NCBI RefSeq assembly: GCF_016433145.1
Contig: NC_058133.1
Span: 207,999,725 to 208,063,584, forward strand
Origin: Gracilinanus agilis
Lineage: Eukaryota
Direction of reading: 5' to 3'
Length of the DNA: 63,860 nt
The notes beneath the pieces were generated by a model, which was not told the origin of the DNA, did no database searches, and was given only the letters and a program-made list of their open reading frames with translations. This document shows positions 12,901 to 25,200 of this stretch, piece after piece. Both the position numbers and the translations under genes were made by a program. The first letter of the stretch is position 1, and each line of letters starts with the position of its first letter.

Positions 12901-15900
12901 TTTCCCCATTCTCCATTTCACATTTCAGTTTTCCAGCTAGGGTCCAACCCCCATCCATCTTCTCCATGGCCCTGAGCAGATAGGGGCAGGTATCCTGTTG
13001 TCAGTGCAGAAAGGGAAAGGTTGTTTGCCATCTCAGCCCAGGGTGAGTTAGGGTGGAGCTGGGAGTATTCAGTTGAGCTTCCAGAGAACTGCCAGGAGGG
13101 AAGGAGTTGTGATTAGCTGCTGGAAGGCTGTGGCCCTTTTGTGATTGTCCAGAGTGTCCTTATAGGGCACAGCTGCCAGCACCAAGAACAAGCTGCCAGG
13201 ACTCATTACTTCCATGGAGACCACTGGTGCCAAAGCCCTTGAGGATTTTGCTGATAACATCAAGGTAACTTTTCTTCCCAATCATATTTTTAGATCAGGG
13301 CAGAAGCCATGGCTGGGGAGTTGACTTAAGGACATCTGAATTACCCAGTATGAAGACAGTTCAGCTGAGTTTAAAGTTGAAGGAAACATGATTATAGAAT
13401 TAGATGTAGGTAGAGGTAGATGGGTTACTGTGCTGCCAGTTTGGAGCATACCACCAGATGCTTTCCTTTTTTCCTCAGTATTGGCTTCCAGATCCCTTTT
13501 GAAACTCTTCTTGGGCTAGAAAATGCTTATCTTAATATTTCCCTGCCCTTTTCCCTTGTTGGTACTTTCGGGCCCCAGCTTGAGGCATTGGGGTGGAATT
13601 TCCCAGCTCCTTTAGGCCTAGTCACCATCTGCCAGTAGGCTCCAGCAAGCAGGAGGAGGGAGGAAGAGACCTCCAAGGGAAAAAACCACTTTGGGAAGCA
13701 GTCCAAGGTGTTCTCAGTCACTCTTTTGGAGAGGATTCTATCATCTTCCTCAGTCACTCTTTTAATTGCATGTGGAATTCTCATTTTCACAGAATGACCC
13801 AGACAAGGAATACAACATGCCCAAGGATGGCACTGTCCATGAGCTCACAAGCAATGTAGGTATTGTTGAGATAACTCTTGTGGTTGGGAATGAATGGCCT
13901 GTACAGAACATCAAGGCTAAGAGTCTAATCCCTGGGCATGCTGAGCATTTGGCTTAGAGAGGCCTGTCTTTCTGCCTCCTAAGTGTTGGGAAAAGTTAGG
14001 GGTGAACAGTGGTAGTTCTTGAAGTCATTTAACAGAGTGTCCCTTTGCATGGCAAGTCATGGAATGCATCATTTTAATCGGTGCAGCCTATATCTTTTTC
14101 AAGGGAGGAGATCCTCTGAGCTTTACAGGCTTAGCCAGGACTCCTCTTCATTGTCTTTTGTGGAGAGCAGAAACTGCCCTTCTCCTGGGCATACCTGAAA
14201 CAGGGTGGTGTGGGTAGCCAGTCAGAATTTTGAACCCTATCAGTCTAACCCTTTTTTTTCTGACCCCACTCTCTTTTCATTTAGGCCATCCTCTTCCTGC
14301 AGCAGCTTCTAGACTTTCAGGAAACAGCTGGTGCCATGCTGGCCTCACAAGGTACCATCTTTAATTGAGAAATGTCCCTCCTACTCCACATCCACAGCCT
14401 CCCTGCTGGTCATAACTTCCTCTGGGTACTCTTGGCCTTGGGCTCTGTCCCACTATCAGGTTTACATCCCTAGCCAGCTCTGGGTTGATGGAAGGGTAGA
14501 GGAACGTTTTCTCTATAGCAGGGTTTGGCAACCTTTTTGGCCATGAGAGCCATAAACGCCACATTTTTTAAAATGTAATTTCTTGAGAGCCGTACAGTGC
14601 TCACAGTGCGCGCTCCTGTAACAGCGCCTGAAAAAAAATTGACTTCATGGCTCCTGCAGAAAGAGCCATATCTGGCCCTCAAAAGAGCCAGATATGGTTC
14701 GAGAGCCATACGTTGCCGACCCCTGCTCTATAGCTACAGAATATGAACATTTCTCAGAGGCCCCGTTAAGCAATTCTAATGGGAATTGGGAAGCCAAAAA
14801 AGCCTGGAAGATTATGGACAGGAAGGTGTGATTGAGTGTCCTATCCTGTCCTGACACCACCCTGACAACCTGTCAATCCCTTTAACTTTCCTGGCTTTTA
14901 GCAATAACAACCACATGTTTCCAGGAGGGTTTCATATTGCCCTACCTGTTTTCATGTTTTTCCACCTTCTCTCCTTATTCTTCCCTCTGTCTTATCTACC
15001 ACTTCTGCTTAATCACAGCTTCAGACAGTTTGTCTTTTCAGTGCCTAAGGATATGGGCTTCCCCAACATTTATTTCTAGGTCCTCCAGGTCAGGGCTGTC
15101 TGCTAAAGACCTGTCATAACAGGCCTCAGGCTTAGGAGGCAAAGGTGGTAGAGGAAATTTTGGGGGTCCTCAGAGCTCAGTGATTGTGTCCTCCCTCTCT
15201 CCCTCTTCTGGGAATGGAGAAGTGGTTTAAGTTATATTTGGTCACAGAGATAGTGCATTTTGTCCTGTGCGTACTCAGGATTTTTTTTGGGTAATGAATG
15301 TCTGCTTACCCTGGATAAGATCACTGTTTCTAACCTATTTTTTTGCACTTTGCATCTTTCTGTTTTCTCTCTTTTCTCCTTTGCATCCCTTTTCTGTCTG
15401 CTCTGCCTCTAACTCCGTAGTCCTTGGGGACACATACAATATTCCTTTAGACCCCCGAGGTAAGCAGTGGGGATCTGGCTCCTCACCCCTTCTCCTCCCT
15501 GTACGGGCAATTGGAGCCTGTTTGGGGTGGTCTTTGAGGTTGTGGGAGAAAATTGGAGGGAGAGGCTCTTAGTCTCTTCAGGGGAAGGTCTAGACATCAG
15601 TTCCTTCTTTCATAGTTGGTTTGGATTAGAGTTCATCCTAACAGCAACCTTCCTGTCTCTCCTCTGCCCAGTAACTAAACCCATATTCCATTCTGCCTTT
15701 GGGCTCACCACTTTCCACCCCTATTTTCCTTCTGCTCCCTGGACCTTTGATATCTGCAAGAGGGGCTGGATAAAGGAGTGTGAGGAAGGCACAATGGAGA
15801 GGCTGGAAATAACTTGTTCCTGGACTTTCCCATTGAAATCCAGGATTAGTGGGATGAACAGAGCATACCTCCTTTGTTCAAAGGAGGGAATGTGGTCTGA

Positions 15901-18900
15901 AGTTATCTTCGTGTCCCTGCTTTGCCAGCATTTACACATGCCATATTTTCTGCCTTTTCTTGGGGCCTATTTTCCCTCCCACCATCCCTGATGAAGGGCT
16001 TGACTTAGCAGGGAAAAGTTGGACCAGCTTGATGTCTCTTTCCTCCCTCTCTTTGAAGGTCTTTCCTGGCCCTAGAAAACTGGCAGGTCCAGTATTTGGT
16101 GAGCCAGATAGCTCTGTTGTCTGCTGGCCATCAGGATAACTTGTCCAAGGATTTTCTTTTTACAGAGACAAGTTCCTCTGCCACCAGCTATAACTCCGAA
16201 TTCAGCAAACGACTACTAAGCACCTATATCTGTGAGTGTTCTGTCTGATCTTCTCCACCCTTGCCAACTCCCGGGACCCTTGGCCTCACAGGCCTCTCCT
16301 TTCTTTGTATGCTCTTCATTTTCTCTTACAACCCTTCTAAAGGCTGTTGTACCCTGACTTCTGATTCCAAGACCTAAAGAAGCCAGATCCTAAAGCCTCA
16401 AGTTCCTGGGTCATGATACTCAGTATAGCCAGGAGTCTGAGGTGTGACAGGGAGGGGGCCTGTGGTGGCCTCTGACCCTGCTGGGGAATCATGGGCTGGG
16501 GTTTGGTTTGTGGGTCCTCTTATTTGCTGCTAGACAGGCCCTATGGTCTTGGTCCTATCCCTTTCTGTGCAGGTAAAGTTCTCGGTAACCTGCAACTAAA
16601 CCTGCTCAGCAAGTCCAAAGTATATGAGGACCCAGCACTAAGGGCCATTTTTCTGCACAACAACTACAACTACATCCTCAAATCCCTGGAAAAGTGAGTG
16701 TGTCACCATCCCTATCCCCATTCACATGGCCGTGTCCTTCTCCGTGCTCCCATGTCTGGTCCCTCCAGCCTCTTATCTCCTTGGGCTCTTTCTTCTCCTT
16801 TATATAAGGTTCCTGAAGCCTTCTTTCCTGTATGCACAAGTAAGGAGGAGGAGGAGGAGAAGCATCTACTGGACAGAGCTCTGGCTGTGTTGAAGGGTTT
16901 TCTTAAATTTTGAACCAGGCCCCCAAGTCTGACCTTAGCTCTTCCTGCCCAGCGAGAAGGGAATAAGAGACCTCCCTCCTGTTCTTGTGACAAGGCTTCG
17001 TGGGAAGGCAGCTAAAGCTGCCCCTTTCCCCCTTTGCTCCAAAGGTCAGAACTCATCCATCTGGTGGCAGTGACCCAGAAGACAGCTGAGCGCTCGTACC
17101 GAGAACACATTGAGCAGCAGATTCAAACATACCAGCGCAGGTCAGAGAAATGCATCCCCCACCCCTGCCTCTACCCTATCCTTCTCCTTCAGGCCATCCT
17201 CTCCCATTTTTAAACCTTTACTTTCTGTCTTAGAACCAATACTGAATATCATTTCCACAGCAGAAGAGTGGTAAGGGCTAGGCATTTGAGATGAAATGAC
17301 TTGTGGGATCACACAGCTAAGAAGTACCTAACACCAGATTTGAATTCCCATCTCTAGGCCTGGCTCTCTATCCATTGAACCACCTAGCTGCCCCTTTCTC
17401 CCATGACTCTTTACACTCCCTATTCAGCTTTTATCCTAGGGCAGCATGAAGAAACTGCAGTCCCCTGAAGTGGAGCCTCAGTTCTGTCTGACTCATTGCT
17501 TGGTTTCATCCCACTCTGTGGGTGATATTGTCTTGACTACTAAAACGCCAGGAATCCTTCTGTCACCATGGCCAAATGGACTTTTGAATTTTGGTTCTTC
17601 TATTCAAAGCTCAACCTCTAAATCTTTAAGAATAAGAATAATTGAATAAATGTGACCAGAAACAAATCAATAATTAGGACTTCAGAGGACTGGGATAATC
17701 TATGACCCAAGTGATTAATGAAATGTGACAAAGTTTACTGATACACAGTTCCAGGTTAGATCCAGGCTAGATTACACAAGATGGGGAGAGATAACAAAGA
17801 CAAAGAATGGGTCAAAGAATCTTCTGAACTTCTGCCTCCATTCTCTTCCCTAATTTTCTGTCTCTCCTTCCTCTTTAGTCAAAATATTGACTATTTTTCT
17901 ACCCTTTTTTCTCTACCTTTCTATATGTATATTCTCTTCTTAAAAACAAACCAGAAAAAACCCTTATCTTCTGTCTTTGTATCAATTTTAAGACAAAAGC
18001 AGCAAGGGCTAGGCAATCAAAAGCAAATCACTGATCCAAGGTCACACAGCCAAGAAGTGTCTAGGGTCATATTTGAATCCAGGTCCTCCCAACTCCAGGG
18101 AGCTCTATCCACTGTGCTATGTAGCTACCCCATATGTTTCTTTCCTTTTCCCATTTTCCTCTATCTCTTCCTCCTCTCTCACATCTCATGTGTATCTACT
18201 TTAACTGACCATAATTTAGAACTATATTCTGTAGTATTAATTGTATTTATTGAGTATTTTATAGTCTTTCTTTATTTTAAGAGCTAATAAATTGAATATT
18301 TTATCATTCTAAGGGGGAAAAAGTCCCCAGAATTGTTTTTTGGTTTTGTTCAAGCCAAGGTTAAAGAGAAGAAAGAATAAAAAGAGGCCATTTTCCCTCC
18401 TATCCAACTTTACCTTCACCTCCCCCTACACACACACCTGATTTAAAGGAAGAAAGATTAAAGGCTATAGGCAGGTTTTTCCATACCCTTGTCTTGGTCT
18501 GATATTCGTGCTCTTATATTTTGGCAGCTGGCTAAAGGTAACTGACTACATTTCTGAAAAGAACCTACCTGTATTCCAACCTGGAGTCAAGGTAAGTAGG
18601 ACAAGAAGTGTGGACTGGTCAGGGAATATATTCAGCTCATATGACATATTCATTGCCTCTGCAAAACAACTTAAAGGGATTATTTTTACCCCCACTTCCC
18701 AACCTTGAGAGTAAACTGGGCATTGAACTGAGGTTGTCTTGTCATGCTGAACTTTTTCTCCCAGAGAAAATTCTTAGAAAGGTCCCTAAAAACAGCCAGA
18801 GTAACCAGCATAGTCCTAGGTGTGGCCACTGAGCAGATGAGTTAGAGCAACCCTTATTTGACTCACATCATGGTACATTAAGAGATGCCTAGGATGTCCT

Positions 18901-20777
18901 TATCCTGGATTGGTGCATTTTCTTTTTCTTTTTTTTTTTGATGTTTCTTTCAAAATTTTTATTGCTATCTTTTGATTTTACACTTTAAAATCATTTTTAT
19001 TTATAAATATACCTTCCCAGATTCCCTGCCAATTACTTGTAATTAACAATCAATAAAAAAGATATGGGGCAGTGAGATGGCTCATTGAATACAGAAGCAG
19101 TCCTGGAGATGGGAAGTTCAAATCTAGCGTCAGATACTTCCTAACTAGGTGACCCTAACCAAGTCACTTACCCCCCATTGCTTAGTCCTTACCACTCTTC
19201 TGTCTTGAAACCAATACACAATTGAGTCTAAGACAGAAGACAAAAAACACAAAGTTTTAAGGGGGAAAAAAGATAAGCCTGATCATACATACAGTGTTCC
19301 ACTCCTGTGGTTTCCTACCTCTTCTTTTTTATTCATTTAAAAAAAATTTTTTTAAACCTTACCTTCCATCTTAGAATCAATACAAATGGGGTTAAGTGAC
19401 TTGCCCATGGTCACACAGCTAGGAAGTATCTGAAACCACATTTGAACCCAGGACCTTTCATCTCTAAGCCTCCTCTCTATCCACTGAGGCACCTTGCTGA
19501 CCCCCTCCATACCTCTTCTTCAAAGCCATACCAGCTCTCTTTGCTCCTAAGAATAAATAATGTAATTCCCAATGTTTAGGAGCCAGTCTGTTTAATCTCT
19601 AGGTCTTACAGAACTTGCCGGCTCCTGGTTTGACTTCACATGTTCTATGACATGTACCAGATGAGAACAAAAAGTACCCAGATGACTGATACAGGATGAT
19701 ATGTTTCCTGATGTATCTTTTGTTTTCATTGCAATAAATTATAACTAGGTAATGGACAGTCAGTTGCCATCAGGATGGGAACTTGGACCAATAAGGGAAA
19801 TTGGAAGAATGATTATTTGGGGAGTAATCAAACAGGACAGGGAAGAGCATCTGTATTTTACAATGAAATAACTTCATGGGGAGCAGCTGGGTGGCTCAGT
19901 GGATTGAAAGCCAGGCCTGGAGACACAAGATTCTGTATTCAAATCTGGCTTCAGACACTTTTTAGCTGTGTGATCCTTGGCAAGTCACATAACCCCCATT
20001 ACCTTACCCTTCCCACTTTTCTGCCTTGGAATCAATGCAGTTTTTAATTTGAAGATGGAAGATAAGGGTTTAAAAAAAAACAACTTCATCTATCTTCTCT
20101 ATTCCCTGTGCCCCTAGCTCCGAGACAAGGAACGACAGATGATAAAGGAACGCTTTAAGGTGAGCCATGACCTGCCCTCTCCTTTCTCAGCTGGTATTGC
20201 CATATGAACTTGAGCCAAATGACCACTGAGATTTCCCTTTCCCCATATTCTCTGAAGGGCTTCAATGATGGCCTCGAAGAGCTCTGCAAAATCCAAAAGG
20301 CCTGGGCCATTCCAGACACTGAACAGAGGGACAAGATCCGCCAGGCTCAGAAAACCATTGTCAAAGAGAACTATGGGGCCTTCCTGCACAGGTAGGACCT
20401 TTTTATCTCTTCCTTCTACCCCACCAGCCTTCCCATCTGAATCTTTGCGTTTTTGCTTAGCCCATTCAGCTTGTGTCCCCAAGAAAGGAAATGGGGAGAT
20501 GGGCTGGGATTAGAAAACTAGTGCCCCTGTCTTCTGCCTCGGGGAACTTGGGAAGCACACTACAGTGCTGAATCCCATGCCTGGAAGTTCCCAGAAGGGA
20601 ATCTTAAAATCCTAGACTAGAGGTGAAATTCTGCAGGTGCCCTTTCCCTTCCTGATTATCCCATGCCTGGGCAGGTATGCCAGCGTACCCTTCACCAAGA
20701 ATCCTGAGAAGTACATCAAGTACCGCGTGGAGCAGGTGGCAGACATGATCGAGCGCCTATTTGACACATCAGCCTGA
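956..20777 (+). CDS. EXOC7: Exocyst complex component 7 (Exo70), multi-exon CDS
   Basis: Exons hand-mapped, all with AG/GT boundaries and consistent phase: 956-1015, 1280-1345, 2184-2368, 2606-2711, 4713-4935, 5191-5358, [8943-9035], [10015-10083], 11203-11348, 11636-11788, 13166-13264, 13793-13855, 14285-14351, [15421-15459], 16166-16231, 16573-16693, 17045-17140, 18528-18591, 20118-20159, 20258-20391, 20675-20777 (TGA). Translation MIPPQEASVRRREIEDKLKQ...DMIERLFDTSA matches mammalian Exo70. All exons give 2163 nt (720 aa); skipping the three bracketed exons gives 653 aa. Confidence 0.98.
6043..6054 (+). CDS. EXOC7: Candidate EXOC7 12-nt microexon (VYIP); 15 nt (AVYIP) if the upstream AG of the NAGNAG is used
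   Basis: Long pyrimidine tract 5991-6036, then cccAAG CAG|TCTACATTCCAG|GTAAAC; phase 1-1, in frame, no stop. Confidence 0.55.
8943..9035 (+). CDS. EXOC7: EXOC7 93-nt cassette exon (GTIRKAQNLLKQYSQHGLDGKKGGSNLIPLE)
   Basis: gacag|GG...GAAG|gtaat; phase 1-1 and frame-preserving; peptide matches the known alternatively spliced Exo70 insert. Confidence 0.93.
10015..10083 (+). CDS. EXOC7: EXOC7 69-nt cassette exon (GHEHDFRVKHLSEALNDKHGPLA)
   Basis: ctag|GT...GCCG|gtgagt; 23 aa, phase 1-1; matches the 23-aa insert that, as I recall, distinguishes epithelial from mesenchymal Exo70 isoforms. Confidence 0.93.
11905..12280 (-). mobile_element. L2 fragment in an EXOC7 intron (similar pieces at ~1405-1560 and ~3240-3310; MIR pieces at ~3000-3240, 3800-3950, 12746-12890)
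   Basis: CAACAAGCATTTATGAAGTGCCTACTATGTGC L2 3'-end signature. Confidence 0.65.
12547..12745 (+). mobile_element. SINE1_Mdo-type SINE (representative of ~20 copies)
   Basis: tRNA-derived head, CORE, ...GGTAAGGGTTT-A tail. Other copies approximately at 7675-7835, 12283-12449, 17207-17394(-), 17960-18130(-), 19066-19260, 19345-19505(-), 19878-20079, 25500-25668(-), 26075-26203, 26307-26500, 39156-39320, 39525-39730(-), 51167-51340, 60719-60910, 63145-63328(-). Confidence 0.85.
14519..14725. mobile_element. hAT-family MITE in an EXOC7 intron
   Basis: TIRs CAGGGTTTGGCAAC / GTTGCCGACCCCTG; perfect 8-bp TSD CTCTATAG (14511-14518, 14726-14733); repeated AGAGCC subterminal motif. Confidence 0.92.
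15421..15459 (+). CDS. EXOC7: EXOC7 39-nt cassette exon (VLGDTYNIPLDPR)
   Basis: ccgtag|TC...CGAG|gtaagc; phase 1-1; the peptide is present in mouse Exo70 as I recall it; ~100-nt AG-free pyrimidine tract upstream. Confidence 0.88.
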
Positions 20778-21242
20778 TTGTGCCATGTCACCGTGGCATC
20801 TCCGTGGCACCCCAGTGTCCCTCCGCAGGCCTGACCCCATTTATCAGACAGATAAACCAGGGTTAATACTGCTTTTTGGCGGAGTGAGTTTGAAGTCCTT
20901 TGGGGCAGGGACCTTCCTTCAGAGTTCTTTCTCTGTTTCCTCCTGACCGCCCAGCTTTAATTGGGCCTGTGGCCCTTCCTATCCCTCCTTGGTATTATTC
21001 CTGCATCTGGGGGGGAAGGAGGGAAAAAAGCAGAGAAAGGGCAGCAGAGGATGAGCTGTTTGTGGTGGGCTTCATGTAAGTGGAGAACAGCCTGTCTCCA
21101 GTGGCTTGGGCAGAATCCCTGAGCTAAGGGCTCAGATTCTCTTTTCAGCTCTCAGACTCTTGGTATGACTGTGTGGCTGAGGGGTAGACTCAAGGGCATC
21201 CCTGGCCAGTTGTCCTCTCCTTGAGCCATATCAAGAGCATTT

Positions 21243-21248
21243 AATAAA
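21243..21248 (+). terminator. Likely EXOC7 polyadenylation signal
   Basis: AATAAA ~465 nt after the stop codon; usage not demonstrated. Confidence 0.5.
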
Positions 21249-22029
21249 AGAAAGAAGGTGATGATCCCCAGCCTCCCTCTCTCCTCCTGCCTTCTCCCAC
21301 TTTGGATCAGGAGTTTCTCCTTCCTTAGCAATAAGCATTAAGAAGTGGCAAATATCATCCTCTCTATTTCTCTTTTCTCCTAGCATCACCTTTAGTTGCC
21401 ACAGGCACCCTAGGATATTACAGGAAGCCCATCCCTTCTCTGTGTCTAGGGATGTCTAGGGATTGTGTTTTCCCCTTAGCAAGAGGACATAAGCCTTATT
21501 CCCCCACCATCCCCCAGACCTGCATTCCATGTAGTTTCTCCCCCTTGTACCCTGTGACCTGAATGTCTCATTGTGCATGGTATTCTTGTTTTCTTGTTGC
21601 CATAGTGTAAATGCCTTCTGCTTCAGAATCAAGCAGACAACCTGGGCAAGGTGGGTACAGTGGGGTAAGAAGGTAGAGGTAGGAAGAATGGTCTGGCCCC
21701 CTCAATGATCCCAAGACTAATGTGACCACACTCCTCTGGGGAGAGAGGAATCTGACCAAAAGAAGCCATGGAAATTGGGAAGGGTGAGATAGGGTTGATG
21801 CATGACCTAACTACCATTAAGCCACAAGCTATTTAGCCCTGCAGCCTTGTTCTAAAACTACTCTGAGTCACGTCCTCCACTTCAGCTCCATGAGATGCTA
21901 TAGCTAGGTTAGGTTTAGAGATGTGGGCAAAAGAAAAAAAGCTGCAGAGGTCTGTGGAGCCCCCAGGCTTGCCCTAAGGAGAACAGCCACAAAAACATGG
22001 AACTACACCCAATCTCAGCAGAAGAATAG

Positions 22030-22030
<1 letters not shown>

Positions 22031-22036
<6 letters not shown>
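22031..22036 (-). terminator. Likely ZACN polyadenylation signal
   Basis: AATAAA on the minus strand (TTTATT on plus) ~210 nt past the ZACN stop, abutting a (TAA)n repeat. Confidence 0.45.

Positions 22037-22085
<49 letters not shown>
22033..22085. repeat. (TAT)n microsatellite
   Basis: About 17-18 perfect units in the ZACN 3'UTR. Confidence 0.98.
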
Positions 22086-22246
22086 GCATGCTGACAGAGG
22101 AAAAGTTTCAGGAATACCCCAGACTAATAGGTTTAAGAGAGCTAACTTTGTCCTATAGACTTGACCTTGACCTTGAAATACCAGGCTCTATTTGTCTGGA
22201 AGTTAGACTCTTAGTTCTTGAGAATCTTGAATCCATTGTCTAGATA

Positions 22247-25200
22247 TTAGATTTTGGGCTTTCCTCCATGGGGAATAGTCTTAGAAGGAGGTGGATCAGA
22301 CTTGCATTCCCACCAGAACCAAACCATGACAAAGATGAGCTGACTGCATCCGATGACGGCTACATATATCAGCAGGAAGATGTGGTCCATAGCCTCAACC
22401 CAAGTCTTCCTTGGCCCCTCAACTGTCCTTTGGGGCTCTGTGAAAAAATCCTAAGAGTGAGAGCTGCCTTTCACGTGGCAACACCCTCCCTGGAGCAGAA
22501 AGAAGATGAGCACAAGGGGCCAGACTCAGACTGCTCTCTTGGCCCTGAAATCTTTTTCTTAACTTTCCAAGAACCAAAACACGCATATCTGGGTAAAAAG
22601 TCCCTGCCACGGTTGTCCCTTTGAATCCAGGTATTTGTTTCCAGACTAAGAAGGCTTCAAGAAGGTCTCAGTTATCTGTATTTTAGAGATCATCCTTAGG
22701 GAAGTTGGTTTAGATATTACCCCAAAGTGTGAGTTCACTCTAGCATCCAGGATACTAAGTGCCCTCCCTCTGTAGGCTGAACTCAGCCCTCCAGATAGTC
22801 TACTTAGTTACTAGAAAGGGAATCAATGCTTTCAGGTAGGGTTGGTGTTTAACTTTAGGGAAAATTAAAGGCTCAAGGCTTCTTCCTGCTTAAACTGGGG
22901 TGGAGCTGAAGGCCTGACAACAGAACAAAGCCATGCCTCTCCCTGTATAACTGTTCACAGATTATAGTTCTAAAACTTCCTTATTTTCTTTTCTTGATGG
23001 ATTGCTTCCACTTACCTTCAGATCTGGGCCCTGGATTTGTGGTGTCTAACCCTTCCTCTCTTGGGGCTGGATTTGGTCTGATCTTTGGGCAGAAGTAGCC
23101 TCGTGCCAGCAAGCCAGACATTAGCACAGTCTCCATGGTACTGAGAGAGAGGAGTATCAGTAGCACTGTGAAGTAGGAAACTAGAAGGAGGGAAAACATC
23201 AGCTTCAGAGAAACTAGAATCTCAGAAACCATCCAGTCCAGGGGCAGCTAGACACAGTGGATAAAGTGCCAGACCTGAGGAAGACCTAGGTTTAAATCTG
23301 GCTACTTTCCCGGCTGTGTGACCCTGGGCAAGTCACTTGACCCCCATTGCCCACCCTTACCAATCTTCCACCTATGAGACAATACACTGAAGTACAAGGG
23401 TTAAAAAAAAAAAAAATCTGGCTACTTTCAAATCAGACACTTTCTACTTGTCTTAATCCTGGGCAAGGTACTTAATCCCAACTGCCTAGCCTTTGCTACT
23501 CTTCTGTCTTAGAACTAATACTAAGACAGAAGGTAAAAGTTTATTGTTGTTGTTTTTTAAAGAATAAACACATACACACAACACCTGTACCCAAATTCCC
23601 TCTAAACCAGTGATTCCCAAAGTGGGCGCCACCGCCCCCTGGTGGGTGCTGCAGCGATCCAGGGGAGCAGTGATGGCCACAGGTCCATTTGGGGGCGGTG
23701 AATAACTATAATTTATTGATAGTATGTGACAGGGGGCGCTAAGTAATATTTTTTCTGGAAAGGGGACGGTAGGCCAAAAAAGTTTGGGAACCACTGCTCT
23801 AAACCAACTAAATGTGTGGTCATCCAGCCTGTCTGTCCTCAAAGGTCTCTAGTGAGGAAGAGGCTACTTCCTCCTGAAGCAGCCCATTCTCTTCTGGGCT
23901 GGCTCTATTAAGAAGTGTTTCCTTATATTGGGCTTAAATATGCCTCTGCAACATTTTTAACACTCAATGGAGATGATTTACTAGAGTTTTGGGGAAAAGA
24001 ACAAAGAGACTAATGATGTAGTCTCATAGATAAGTCTAGTTTGGTCCCCAAGGAGATTGGGTTAGATGTGAAAACTAAAAACTAACCAACAAGGTCACCT
24101 AGCTAACCCAATGGATAGAGCCAGGCCTGGAGTCTGGAAGACCTGGGTTCAAATCTAGACTTCCTACCTGTGTGACTGGGCAAGTCACAACTCTGATCAT
24201 CTAGCCCCATGATGATGAACCTATGGCACATGTGCCAGAAATGGTATGCAGAGACCTCTCTGTGGGCACTCACATCATCCCTGGAAGAGTAAGTTGCTAG
24301 AAAAGCAGAGGGACTCTGGCAGAGCTGCTCCCTTTCTCCTCTCCACTGTACCTCCCCATCCCTCAGTGCTTACTCCCTCCCCTGAACTGAGCACTCAGGC
24401 CACTCCCCTCCCTTTCTCCCTCACCTGTGGTTGGGGGGAGGGAGGTGTTGGGGCACAGCATGTGGTCTCTAAAAGGTTTGCCATCACTGATCTAGCCCTT
24501 GCTGTTCTGAATTAGAACTCATACAAAACAGAAGGTAAGGCTTTTTTTTTTTTTTTTTTAAAGAAGCATAGGCAGCAGCAATGGACAGTGGAATAAGGAA
24601 GTAAAAAGAACTAAAGGTAAGCTAGGAAGTCAGAAAAGCTGAAATTCCCATACTTGGTGATGAAGGAACTTACTTAGGAGGGGGTTGCAGGAGGAAGAGC
24701 TGGGGAGGGCCTGCACCAGAGATGAATGGAAAACGAGATAGCTAAGCAGCAGTGTCACCTTGTAAGAGATCCGTTCAGTAACCCTCAGGGGCAGGAGGCT
24801 GCCACATATATCTGCCAGGAGTATGGCTACCCCTGGCACCACCAAGGCCATTGTTGTTTTGACAGCTGTGTTCTGTAGGCTTATCTTGAGGAAGGAAAAG
24901 GGGTCAATGTTTTGCTAGAAACTAAAGCACCTGCCCCATGGAAATACTCACCTTCTTTCCCTGGTCCTCCAGACCAGTACTACAGGAAATCCCTAGGAGG
25001 GTGCACCAAAGGAATGGTTTGTCATTCTACTTCCCTTTTTTTCCCCCTCCTTGGCTTAGTATACCCCTACTCACCGTCACCTGGAAGCTGGGCACCAGGT
25101 GCTTGATGGGGACCTGGGCTTTTAAGCCCCGAACCATGTATTCTCGCTTCACACTCACAATCTCATTCACTGCTTTGGGATGAAACTTCAACTCTTCAAC

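Noticed and set aside
21923-22243. ORF with a poly-Ile run
   Set aside because: Translation of the (ATT)n microsatellite.
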